A stretch of 64,000 nucleotides of DNA from Paraglomus brasilianum (lineage: Eukaryota). The stretch covers positions 1 through 64,000 of the forward strand of contig CAJVPI010000038.1 of assembly GCA_910592345.1 (NCBI GenBank), written 5' to 3'. The position numbers were made by a program, and so were the translations under genes. Of this stretch, positions 1 through 12,137 are shown in pieces; positions within the stretch are counted from its first letter, which is position 1, and each line of letters starts with the position of its first letter. The notes beneath the pieces are model-generated. The model was not told where the DNA came from, ran no database searches, and worked only from the letters and a program-made list of their open reading frames with translations.

Positions 1-2
1 GA

Positions 3-297
3 ATTGTTAAGAATAATGTGGAGAGGCGTATGCCAAAAAATCTTGGTGAGCTGGAGAGATTTATGGTGGAAGAGTGGGATAGAATCCCGGAGAGTATGTT
101 AATTAATTTGGTAGCATCAATGAAACGACGTTGTGAGCTTATTATTGAAATGAATGGAGAACGAATCCCTTATTAGTTATTATCAAATAAATTTGGTTGT
201 TTTTATCTTTCAAATGAACCATTATTTATAAAAATTGGCTAACCAGTTGAGGAGCAATGACAAAATAAAAATATCCGTTTTTTTTTGTTACACACTG
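3..297 (+). mobile_element. 3' end of a Tc1/mariner DNA transposon (transposase C-terminus and right TIR), truncated by the window edge
   Basis: 3..176 translates IVKNNVERRMPKNLGELERFMVEEWDRIPESMLINLVASMKRRCELIIEMNGERIPY*, a typical Tc1 transposase tail. The element ends ...TTACACACTG at 297, followed by TA (CAGTG-type TIR, TA target). Confidence 0.85.
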
Positions 298-507
298 TAT
301 ATTTGGTTGCAAATAGCCGATATGGTAAAAATGTGTTATATCAGTTTTAAGTATACACAGCAGCTCGATAAGCCGATATTTGTAGGATGGAACAATTTGT
401 TCGGCTTACCAAACTTTTTGTTTTATCAAATTCGCATAAGTCGAATTTATACGCATGTTTACCCAAATTTTCGGCTTATAGTTCAACACAATAAAGTTTA
501 TTAATAA

Positions 508-593
508 TGTTGTACTTTAGTTGGGGATTTGTCTCAGTTCTGGACCGAGACAGCTGAGTTCTAGACTGGATGTCTGGGTTCGGAACTGTAACA
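508..593. mobile_element. Degenerate copy of the MITE family seen at 24684-24834
   Basis: Starts tgttgtactttagttgggga and shares ctcagttctggaccgagacagctgagttctagactg units with the 24.7 kb element. Confidence 0.6.
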
Positions 594-909
594 TCTTTTG
601 TTAAATTGCTAGTGGTTAAGTTTTTTTTCTAATTTTCCTGCTTGAAAATTATGAGCTTTTGTTTTTGAAAAATAATTGCTATCTAACCAAGTTTGTGTAT
701 TTATCATAGTAATTAATTTTTACTTTTTTTATTTCTTTAATCCGTTTCTAGGAAAAAAACACTGACAACAATTTAGAATACTCGTCCTGGCGTCCTATAA
801 TGCCCTAGAATTTTGCCTATTTTTCTTCTAGTCCCTTACTTTTTGCTTTTTATTTTATTAGACACTAAGAGATTAAGACGCCAACTAGGACAATTTGTAA
901 TAAATAATA

Positions 910-1066
910 CAGTCCCCGGCGAAAAGAATGGCAGAGACAATCGTTTTTATTTACCTAATATGTCAGGCATAATTAAAAATTCCCTTGTCTATACATTTGC
1001 ATTTAATAACCTCAGCGAAATTTGGATTGACCATAAACTTATAATAACAGTCTCAAATCTACTATA
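910..1066 (+). mobile_element. Dispersed repeat, left end of a Tc1/mariner-like element (second copy at 40767)
   Basis: TA|CAGTCCCCGGCGAAAA(G/T)AATGGCAG...ataaacttataataacagtctcaaatct is shared with 40767-41000. Confidence 0.7.
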
Positions 1067-4000
1067 CAATGGTAAGATATATCTGGTAACAATATTGGAA
1101 ACCCATTTTCATAAATAAGCGAGTGGGAAAATTATGAACAAGACTAAAGTATTAGCAAGCCTCAACCTGATTACAATAGCATCATAAAGACATGAATTGG
1201 ATTATGTTTGCCATCCAGAAACGTTCCTCAGTAAAGTTGGCATAGTCAATAGTAGTGACTTTTTACAGTAGATATGCTGGCTGTGCCATTTTTTTCAGCT
1301 ATTGCCACCAACTAGCTTTAATATTGAAATACTCGCTACTCTGTGGTATATACTAATACAACAAGAAAATTTTTCAGGAAAGAAAATTTATTATTATGTT
1401 TGAGACTAGTTAAATTCAGAAATTCAAAAAGTTGCAGCTATTTCAGTCAGAAAGTTATATCCATTCTGAACTGACATTTAACAATACTATATTTGGAAAA
1501 AAGCAGCAAAATAAAAATGTGCATCTCAAGTTAATTCCAGTTTTTCCAGTTTTAATTAATATTACAAATCGGGGAATTTGGTCTCTGTTCTTAGGTTCCT
1601 ATGGGACTAGTTTTCTTCAACAATTCTATCTGCATTCTGACCATTGACACTTCACTGCTATTATTAGAGTGCATAAATAACAATCTTTATTTTTTAAGAA
1701 ATTTCTGGGTTTCAGCTTCCTTATGAAGTCAAGCAGGTCTCCCCGCTTTCTCTAGTTAATCAACATAACTTTTGGGAGTGTGGCTTTGGATAACTGCTTG
1801 ATATAATAATTAGTATGTTAAACTCCAAGATAATGTTTGGCCTACATAATTTTATCTAACATAGCTACTGCTCTGAGAGGAGGTGCTTTTCCCGAAGAAG
1901 ATCTTCCATAGCAGCTTTGTGATTATGAAGTGCAATGTAGAATATAGGAATTACGCAAAGGAAACTTTGCCACATCGACACGTTGACAAGTTGTACAACT
2001 GTGTTGAGAAATAGCCTATTCTTCTCTCAATATTTATATTCATTTAGCATAATAAATAGTTCGCAAATGTCAAATGTACCCATCAATTATTCGGCTTTGC
2101 AATGACGCACACACATATATATGTTGAATCTCGCTAGCAAAGAGTAAAGCTTGTAGATTTGAATAAATCCTATGGACTGATCTCTTGCTCTTTAGTTATC
2201 AATAAATAAGACTTATTTTATGTCAGTTCCGCTTAAGTACCTTTGACATGATAGAAGAAAGATGTTCAGTAATATTTTCGATGATGCTTATAATTGATAG
2301 ATAGTTTATGCGACCTTTTTCTAGAAAATTCATCCTTTTTCAGCATCGATTATTGTCAAACTGATTAGCGTAGACTAAGTACTCCTGATCATAAACTTGC
2401 ATTTGGTAATTTCCATCTGCAGTATGCATCTCCTTGAGAGTCAACATATTTGTCATGTAAACTATATGCAAGTGCGCTTATGAAATATGTCTACCTTTGA
2501 TGACATTTTTACCCGAGCGAAAGTTATATGTAGTACCGCAAAAAACCCCTTAGTACAGAGCCTCATCCTAGAACAGAGTGATACAATGCGGGTAAGAATA
2601 TTTGGTGAATACTATTTAATAATTACATTCAACTTAAAGGTCTTTTATCCGGCCAAAAGAACTATTACAGCTATGAAAGGATAACTTTATTGTTTAGATA
2701 AAGCTAATCATTCATATGACAATATTGCCAATTTCTCAACGCATCATTTGTATTATTTCGTAACACTGGAGATTTATATCTTTGAGATTGCAATTATTTG
2801 TGAAACTAGTAAAATCAACTTGTAACTCTAAACGGATGATAATTAAGCTTTTTCTTATTTATTAACATGTACGTTGAGTTTTCGAGTCCTTTATTGGTCA
2901 CACTAACATGTACGTTGACTCTTGCTCCTATGACTATTATCTAGTATCGCTACTTTGCTGTTGCTGAAAGTCTTTCTCTTTGAGGCTGACAAGGAATTAG
3001 TTATCGGCAACGGAAGAATTTGTTATCTAGCAGACAAGATTTTTGCAACATTATGTGTACGTCACTGAAAGACTGTATTTCCTGATTTCAATTCACTGCA
3101 TATTATTTTCATAACTCAGCCATGCTTGGCATGCCGCAAGATAAGGAACCAGCTAACAAAGAAAACAATGATGGAACTTGTGGATGGACAAACCTAATAT
3201 TGTGTAGCAAATTGACCCCTCAAATTTAAAGCTTGAAATTTACATGTGTATTTATGTAATATTTGAGTTTATCAGTAAAATCTCACATCAATGACATAGA
3301 AATAAGCAAAAGATCGTAAAAGAAGTACCAATATGCCGATAAGTAATACAAAGGGATGACAAGCGTCTATTCAAAGAGGTATACTTTTATTATTTTAACG
3401 GTTGAGAGAAGAATAGGGACAAAAAAAAAAAAAAACAACAGGTGGAACGCGATACTACTTGCTTGTCAGCCGACCAATGGGAGGATTGATAAATCGAAAG
3501 AAAAAAAAAACGGTTTTCCCATTTTGAGAAAAGCCAATGTTGAAATCAGCGATTTACCAATACTAATACATGAAGATGCAAGATTACATTCGAGAAGCAC
3601 AAGCCAGAGTCCGCTGAAGGAAGCGCTTGTTGCTTGTTGCCCATTAATAAATAAATACGATTATGGCAAACAAAATCTTTGTATAAGATGTGCGTTGATA
3701 ATTTTAACCCTTGGACGCATATCATCTATGCCTACTTAAGAGAATAGTGTAAGACATTTCCACATTGTTATCCAACCTCACTTATTGTCCAAAGACCATT
3801 TATTAAATAATCATCGGACTAACTGACTACACTCATAACAGTCTTCTATAAAACTCTCTTACAATTGTTAGAAGAAATAAATGCCTATAAAATTTTTTTA
3901 CAACTTTTGTAGACTTTTACAACTTTTTTTCCGTTAAAGTAAATGCATGCGATAACAGATAGATATAAGATATACATATGATAATCAATGATATCGATAT

Positions 4001-4111
4001 GAATAGTTATAATCCACACAGAGAAAGAGAAGATCCAGTCAGTCTCTGTTGCTCAACTCCACTCAGCAATTGAAGTCCGAGGCTCATCTCTCATCCTCGT
4101 TACCAACATCT

Positions 4112-4228
4112 TTATTGAATCACGCAGTTACTTCCAGCAGGCCCATCATTGGGATTAGTTCCAGGCTTAGTAACAGTGCCAACGTTTGGGAAGGTGGTCG
4201 AAGCTGGCTTGAAGACGGGGGTATTCAT
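4112..4228 (-). CDS. Putative a-factor-type (CaaX-prenylated) lipopeptide/pheromone precursor, 38 aa
   Basis: Hand translation: MNTPVFKPASTTFPNVGTVTKPGTNPNDGPAGSNCVIQ*. The ATG is the first after an in-frame stop (4394-4396). C-terminal CVIQ, CT-rich leader, TATAAAA at 4443-4449 on the minus strand. Confidence 0.6.
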   Translation of the reverse strand: MNTPVFKPASTTFPNVGTVTKPGTNPNDGPAGSNCVIQ

Positions 4229-5305
4229 GACCGTAGATTGAGGAGAGATGGATGAAATAGGAGCGATAGCGCGGACGCAATAAATAGACAAGGAGTGTAG
4301 TGGTTGAGTGGAAAAGTTGGAGCCGTGAGCGTAATATCTAACTACGCTCGACGTGAGATTGCAAGAAAAGTTTGAAGAAACGAGAAGACCGTGTCAAATT
4401 TCCCCGAGACTTGAGAGTTTCATGTTTGGCTGTTCGACAGGATTTTATACCACATTGTCATATGCCTTTTGGCTGAGTATGTTTACGTTCCGCCCAGCCC
4501 AAAAAAGTCAAGTGGTGATAACATTCTAAGGGTTAGTCCATTGAGTTTATCTCGCGTGACACATTAAACCGTTTTTGCACAATTCCAGGAAAGCCATCTT
4601 TTTGAACTAGCAAATTAGGAGATTAATATGTCTAATCGAATAACCAATACAAATTACTATTCATCGACAGTGTCGTGTTGCAAAAGATATTGTAAATCCT
4701 GATTTTGTCCTGAAATATGTGATATTCCTTAGTCAGCCCAAAGATTTTTGGACTTTTGTGCATGGGTACAAAAATACAGGGAAAGCATGAACGTTAATAA
4801 GAATGTATAAGCATTGCCTGGGCAGGTTATTATTATTGTACCAGTGATGCAAATGGACGAGTTTAATTTCCTGTCCTTATCGCTTGTATGGAAGCAGTAG
4901 TCAATGAGGACTTGTTTCGTGGATAACGAATGCTAAATATAACATAATTGCATGACATGCTTACTAGTTTGTGCTGTGCTTGTGTACCCTTGTTATTCTC
5001 TCACTTCACACATACTTTCGCTTCTTCTCATTCGATGGGTAACCCCGGAACAGTGTGCCAAGTCCGTCGTAGTACAACGGAGACTTGATAAGACAACATA
5101 GAACGAGATGCTTGGGTGATAAATGGAATGTCCGAAAGTCGGGGTTATAATCATAAATGGGAGGAAACGGACGTATGTATTGAATGCATTAAAATGTGAT
5201 GGATTGGATAATCACATTTACTGGCAAAAAATTGAGGTATAAAATTCGACTGCGGATAATGAATTGGGTAATTATACCATTATCGTGATACGGATTATAT
5301 ATACA

Positions 5306-5442
5306 GTATATGTGTTGTATGTGTTGTGTGTGTTGTGTGTGTTGTGTGTGTTGTATGTTATGTGTGTTATATGTGTTATATGTGCTATATGTGTGTATAT
5401 GTGTATATGTGTATATATGTATATATATATGTGTATGTGTGT
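5306..5442. repeat. Degenerate TG/TA-rich minisatellite (about 9-bp period) grading into (TA/TG)n
   Basis: Tandem atgtgttgt/gtgtgttgt/atgtgttat units. Explains the low-complexity ORFs at 5264-5529. Confidence 0.85.
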
Positions 5443-6409
5443 GAATGTTTTAATATTAATGTAACCAATCGATTCGATCAACTTACATACGCCAATCCGC
5501 CATATCAATTAATCGACGACGACGACTAATCGTTCTTCAATCCTCCCCTCCCTCCCCTCTCGAAACTTTCAGCACCTTCGCACATCACCGATCAGGGACA
5601 GAGTGATGGAGTGATAACTAAGCAGATATCCATCTAATTCTAATTATCGCGCGTTTGCTGGTTGGTCATTCTCGCTTAGAAAATGGACATACATGACAAT
5701 AGCAAATAATTGTAGTCAAAACATTCTAATTAGAATTAATAAACCAAAACATTTAATATTTATAATTTAAAGTTTATATACAATACCAAATATAATTGTT
5801 ACTCATTCATGGTTATAATTATTAATCATATATCACCAACAATCACTATTGCACATTTGCAATAATGTCTCAATGTCATCTCTTTTCACAAGTCCGCCTC
5901 CGCCGACCAAGTCAATTTCGTGTCACAATAACGACCCTGCACTTGGTTTGGTCGTTGTGTGTGTTCAATTCTCAACTTATGCACTGCGTTTTTTTTTCCT
6001 CTTTTTACTTTCTCTTTTAAACTCTAATTTATTCATCTCTACTCCCATCCTCCTGTCTCCTGCGCGTGTTGCCGTTATAGTTGACTTGTGCATTCACATC
6101 GCAAACTGCACACTCACTACGACGAAATACAAGGCAAACACTGAGCAAGAGGACAACGTCACACTTGATACTTTTAACAATTTTAATACAGGCTAGTATA
6201 AATACTACTTAGTTGCTAACTATAATACACATTGAATATCCAACTACCCAAAAATACAAATACAAAACGAACAATATTCCAAAGAAAACCCCCCAAAAGA
6301 CTATAAAATAATAAACTACAGCTGGCACTTACATATATACGCATCTCACACTACCTTTCCTATTCAAACTGTCCCACACCTTTTCCCTTTTTTCAGTTCC
6401 ATCTACACA

Positions 6410-9400
6410 ATGCACACACTCGACCTTGCCAACTTTCCTGTTACCGATACCTTGAAGATGCTGGCTTCTCTCCTAGCAAAAATGACCCAAGCAAACGACC
6501 AAATAAAATCTCGCGCACTCTCCCACTCAGATTCCTCTTCTACCGGTACTTCTTCACCTTCTTTCACGCGGTTTCATGCACGCTCAGTACCTTCGATCGA
6601 CATATACTCTTATCTGGCTAGGATCTTGAAGTATTGTCCGACAACAAATGAGTGTTTTCTATCCTTGTTGGTATATTTTGATCGCATGTCAAAGAATGCC
6701 TTGGCTACAACAGGAAAGCCATTTTCAATAGACAGTTTTAATATCCATCGGCTGATAATTTCGGGAATTATGGTGTCGTCAAAGTTCTTTTCGGACGTCT
6801 TTTTTACCAATTCACGGTATGCCAAGGTATGTTTGTCTGCTAATACAAGAAATGGGTAATGGTGGTGTGTGGAGTCAAAGTTGTGAAAAAAAAGAATGGG
6901 TATTTAACGTTAAAACTCGAGGGATATTGAGATTTGAAAAGAATACAGTGGCTCTAGTCATTAAGAGTTCTGAATTAATATGATGGTTTGATAAGCCACT
7001 CTATGACAATCTATTCATTCAATTTTTATGTTTCGCTTCTACATAACTACGCTTTTGTCATACAAGTTTGCTAACGTATTTCAAACCATACCTTTGTTAA
7101 AAAGTACAACACACATAATATTTCATTCTATAGGAACTCTGCTCAGAATTAATTATGTTTTAATTGAATGTTTGGTTCGTCCATTCTTGTTAGCATCTTG
7201 TAAACGAATTTGACTTTTGACTCTCCAAATACGATTTTATGGGATTTGACTAATTTAATTCATCTTTTTCGTCATTCCTTTTTTTTCTTTTTTTTTCACA
7301 TCTTTGATTCCAATCGCTTAATACTCAAATTTCATCTTTATGCTACAAAGAGATATAGTTTTTATTGTAAGTTGATAACGGAACATTCATTAACTTTCTC
7401 TTACAACTATCCGTTTTCTCATTTAGGTTGGAGGTCTGCCAGTATCAGAACTGAATCATCTGGAATTGGAGTTTCTCATATTAAATGAATTCCGATTATC
7501 CATAAGTGTAGAAGAACTCCAAAGATACGGAGATCAACTACTAAGACATTGGGTAATGGAAGAAGAAATGAGATCAAACGGAAGCATATACGATAGCGTG
7601 CGATTTGGTCCCAATAGTCCCAGCGGGAGATGGGAGTCACACGAAAATAACTCTATAAGTAAAAGATCACGACGTCTCCCGTCGAGTGACGACACCAACA
7701 CAAGCAAAGGCGGTGGTCCTAAAGCAATAAAAGAAGAGGACCAAGACAATCACCCCCACCACTACTCGCGAACTCATCGTAGAGATAGCAGCCTTTCCTC
7801 AGCAAAATCATTGAACATTTCATCCTATAACACACCATTAACATCATCCCCCACATCTTTTGCATCACCCAACAGAAAAACAATACCGTCGTCAGGTCGC
7901 GCTCACTCAACATCTCCCAACTCTTCGACAGCTCATCTAAATGGCACATCTCAAGCGATAACTAACGGGTCTCCAATGCGAGGTCCATACCCGTCTACCG
8001 CATTCAATACACACCACATGCACTACCCTAACGTACATAAAGCTTACGCTTCTGCGCACCATCATAATGCACAACATCAACGCTCAGTTAGTTTAGAATC
8101 TACAATTAAGCGTGCAAGTAGCAGTGGCTCGTTACTTAATCTCAATCGATCACGAAGCGGTGATCTCGCGGACGACTTGCAACAGTATCATCATCAATCA
8201 TCTCCAAAGCAGATAAACCCCGAAGATGTTGCTTACCGAACTGCTGCACCGCCATTTCCAAATGCGCCTCTACCACAAGTAACAACGACTAGTGCATTGA
8301 ACGTCTCTAACCCCAAATATGCAAATAGCACTGGAAATCTCTCGAATGGTGCCTCACATAATATCTCTTCAATGATACGAAGAATGTCGCATGATTCTCC
8401 TGTAAATAGCTTTCAACAAATACCCAACTCATATCACTACTCGAACTATCCCCCACAACCGAACGCAAATTCAACTCAACCAACCACATCAATGTCAACA
8501 TTCCCGCCTAGTTTACCAGGCATATCATTTAATCCTGCAACTGTAGCTGCAGCAGCACATAATGCGGCAGCGGCAGCATTGTCATATGCACGACGTGCAT
8601 CATTGGCGTTACCACCATTGCCGTCATTGCCGAGGCATCCATTGAGTGGATTTCATAGTTCTGCCATCCCATCTCCAGTTTCGCCCTTGGCCCCTGGTGG
8701 GAACGAAGGACTAGGCGGGAGGAGAGGAAGTATTTCTACGTGGAGTGGAAGTGGGAGTAGCGGGACTGTTGTAGCTAACGGGTTGGGTAATGGATTCTCT
8801 GGATTACCTAATGGAGGGATATCGCCGAACGCATCTAATGGTATTCCATCTCACCACAATTCGAACAGTAGTCAGGCAATTCCAATTCCCGCTTCTACAG
8901 CTTCTTTGCCTTCCACAACAACGTCTCTTCTCAATGGCCATGCTATATCTCATCTCCATCCTTCTTCGTCCTCTCTTAATGGCATAACGAGCATAATTTC
9001 ATCTTCTCCAAACACACCCAATACTCATCCCGCTCGCCGTGGCAGCTGGGCTGTGGTTACAAACTCTACTCCATTGAATACAACTCATCATGGTCACTAT
9101 AGTACTCCGTTGACTTCTGTTAATGGACACCATACGCACCCGGGCGTGCATCATAGCCATTCTATGGGAAGTTTGAATGTGAATTATCAAGCTTATCCCT
9201 TAGACAGGACCATTCAGCCGACGACGGTGACTGGGAATGGAATTAACAATGTAAGTTCTAGAGAAGATGGTGCGAATTTGGTGAGGGATGCGACTTTGAA
9301 GATGAAGAAGGGATCAGTAAGTGCGGTTGTTGGAAGTGGAATCAATAAGAATGCCTCGCTGGTCGAGATGGAAAGAAATAAAGACGGGAAAAGTGAGAGA

Positions 9401-9445
9401 AATGGTGTTAATGGCGTAAAGGTCGGTGCGAAGGAAATCAAATGA
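6410..9445 (+). CDS. PHO80-like (Pcl6/7-type) cyclin with long disordered C-terminus; join(6410..6826,7427..9445), about 811 aa
   Basis: FHARSVPSIDIYSYLARILKY...NIHRLIISGIMVSSKFFSDVFFTNSRYAK|VGGLPVSELNHLELEFL is restored across a 600-nt GT-AG intron. Confidence 0.92.
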
Positions 9446-10351
9446 ATGTGGATCAAAAAAGTTAGAGTTTGCAACATGGAATGCGATGAATCGATGAAGT
9501 ACGCAAAGGTGTGTTGTGATGGATCCCAGATGGCACCCAGATGGCACCCAAATGGGATCCTCGGATAGGATTTCCAAGATGAACGTGGCGCTTGTTTGAT
9601 AGTCGCGTGCTGTTTGATTATGGATGGCTGTTTGGATTCCTTCTTCATATATCATATTATATTACTTTGTCTGTTATAAAATTGGCTACACCTATTCTAT
9701 GGGGGAAGGAAGGAACGATTTGAGGGTGTGGTTATCGAATTATTGAATGCATCCATGTTATTATCATTATATCTTATCCTTTGTTATCGTTTATTATTTG
9801 AGGCATTGGTAACTGTTTCTTGATCTAAGGACTTGTATTTCGAATGGTTACTCTTTTTTTTTTCTTTGTTTGGTGTAAAAAATTTTTCTGTACTTTCTGA
9901 TTGTTGTACGGCATGTTCACTTGCCGTCTGGTGTTTTGTTTTTTTTTGTTTTTTTTTTGCTTCTCAGGTGACGTTTGTTACATTATTAGTCAATTGATTG
10001 GGTAAACTCATATATTATCATTTATACACGTATTATACATATATATATATAAATATACACATATACATATTCTTCCCTTTTCCTCTTTTCTTGTATATCT
10101 TTTTACACCTTCCTTCCCTCAAAAAAAAAATTCTTAGTTGTTTGTTATTATATATACTCGGCAGCTGATTTTATTCTTTTTCTTTTTCCTTTTTTTTTTT
10201 CTGTATGTAATTATTTTTTATCTCGCACTAAAATATTGAAGTTTTCTTAGTACTCATTTTCTATATTCGTTTCATATATTATATAATATATATCAATAGT
10301 AAAACTGTGATTAAGGGATTTGCTAATGAATATTGTGTTAGCATGCGAATT

Positions 10352-10435
10352 GGGTTGGGTTGGGTTGGGGTTGGGGTTGGGGTTGGGGTTGGACTGTATT
10401 GGGTTGGACTGTATTGGGTTGGACTGTATTGGTTT
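10352..10435 (+). repeat. (GGGTT)3(GGGGTT)4 G-tract repeat followed by a 15-bp unit x3
   Basis: Read directly: seven G3-4 tracts, then gttggactgtattgg x3. Confidence 0.9.
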
Positions 10436-11044
10436 GGGATAATGATAAGGTATGGATAGAGCGAAGCTTTGTCATTGCTTGTGGACATATGTTTACAATT
10501 ACGAATATATTAGATAATACTAATACTCGCAAATTAATTTAAATGTTTGTGCAACACTAATACTCATTCGATAGTTAAAAAACATTACCATTCCTATTAC
10601 TATTACTATTACTATTACTATTTACTACAGTACTATTATTACAGTATTACTATTCTATCAACTAACATTATGCTAATACTCTCTGTTCAACGGTATTGAC
10701 TTGTCCTTTAAACAACAATAACCGTACAGCGTAGTATACGTCTCCATTTTAACAAACGTTGGTACATGTGCTTACTGATGCAAAGCGTGAGCATGTGACA
10801 ACGTCCCCAATAATTATTTCTTTCTTTTCAACACTAAAAATATCTTATTATTACTAACACAGTAAGAATCAATCACATTGGGGATACAAGTCGGCTGGCC
10901 CGATTTATGAAATCACTTGAGTAGCACTATGCATACTATGTGACAGGAGAGTTTAACGTAATTAGAGTAATAATAGTTAGTGATTTGTTTGTTATTTTAT
11001 CGTGGTACTGTGTTATTAATATTAATAAACTGTAAAGCACACTC

Positions 11045-11170
11045 ATACGTGTTGCATAGCCTTTAGCCTTTAAAACTGCATTTACTCTATTGTTCATACT
11101 AGGGATAAGATTTTGGTATACATTTCTTCTTAAGTGGGCATTCTTGTCCTCAAGCTCACAGAAATTCGTT
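11045..11170 (-). mobile_element. Tc1 transposase C-terminal relic
   Basis: YQNLIPSMNNRVNAVLKAKGYATR matches the Tc1 terminal motif (NLIxSMPxRxxAVxxAKGxxT). Confidence 0.7.
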
Positions 11171-11440
11171 GTTTTAGTGAGAGATAGTTTGTGTATATTC
11201 AACCGAGACGTACAAATTTTATTATGCAATCGATTAGCAAATATACAATATAATTATTAATATTGTGTAGTCTTTATTAACACAAAGTTATTTTGCTCGT
11301 AAAAACCATATGACATTTATTTCTTTGTCTTTTCAATCGATTATTGACTTGTCAGGTGTTGATAGATTTGGCGTTGCCGTATGAATGTTCCGCTTTGCAA
11401 GTAATTTTATTTTTTGTTCGAACATGAATAATTACATAGT

Positions 11441-12137
11441 CATAGTCAACCTCGTTAATCCGAACCTCGTTAATCCGAACCTCGTTAATCCGAACCTCGT
11501 TAATATTAATCCGAAGATCTTTCTAAGAATCTCATCAGCTTATAAAACTTAATTCTCTCTTTGAATTTATTTTTTCATAATGAACCGTAAACCAAAAAGA
11601 CAAAAAAAAAGAATTGAAGATTGCCGAGATAGATAATCATTTACTTGGAGAAACTGAGAGAATACCAACTGATGAAGACGTTATACACCAGAACTGTGTG
11701 GAGAATACGAGGATGAAAGCCCATTTTCGGTTGCATTAGTTAATGAAACATTGATAATATTTTAAGATTTACTGTATTAGACAAGAATATGTGACAAAAT
11801 TCGACACCAATCACCGCCTTGTAGTCGATCTTAGAGAATGATTAAATTACTTGAAATACAATGTAAGTGACAATTACATCTTGACATTTTTTCGCACCTC
11901 AAAGCGAGACGACATAATCAGATGTTAGCAGGTGGAAGCGTGTAGAACCATTTTGTGTACGTTGTGATAATAATAACTAAACAATAATAACAATAAAGGC
12001 TTTGTTGTAAACCGAATAATTATTGAATTCAATAGCAAGTTCGGATTATTGAGAACAAACCTCGTTAATCCGAAGATGCTGTTAATCCGAACTTAAACCT
12101 CGGTCCCGTTGACTTTGGATTAACGAGGTTGACTATG
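11441..12137. mobile_element. Non-autonomous pogo/Tigger-like DNA transposon with TIRs and 15-bp subterminal repeats
   Basis: Left end catagtcaacctcgttaatcc and right end ggattaacgaggttgactatg+TA are inverted. aacctcgttaatccg is tandemly repeated at the left end and recurs near 12058-12092. Confidence 0.85.

Noticed and set aside
4049..4255. 68-aa plus-strand ORF in the track
   Set aside because: TTG start with no recognisable motif. It is the antisense shadow of the CaaX ORF.
5264..5529. Cys/Val/His-rich ORFs
   Set aside because: Translations of a simple-sequence repeat.
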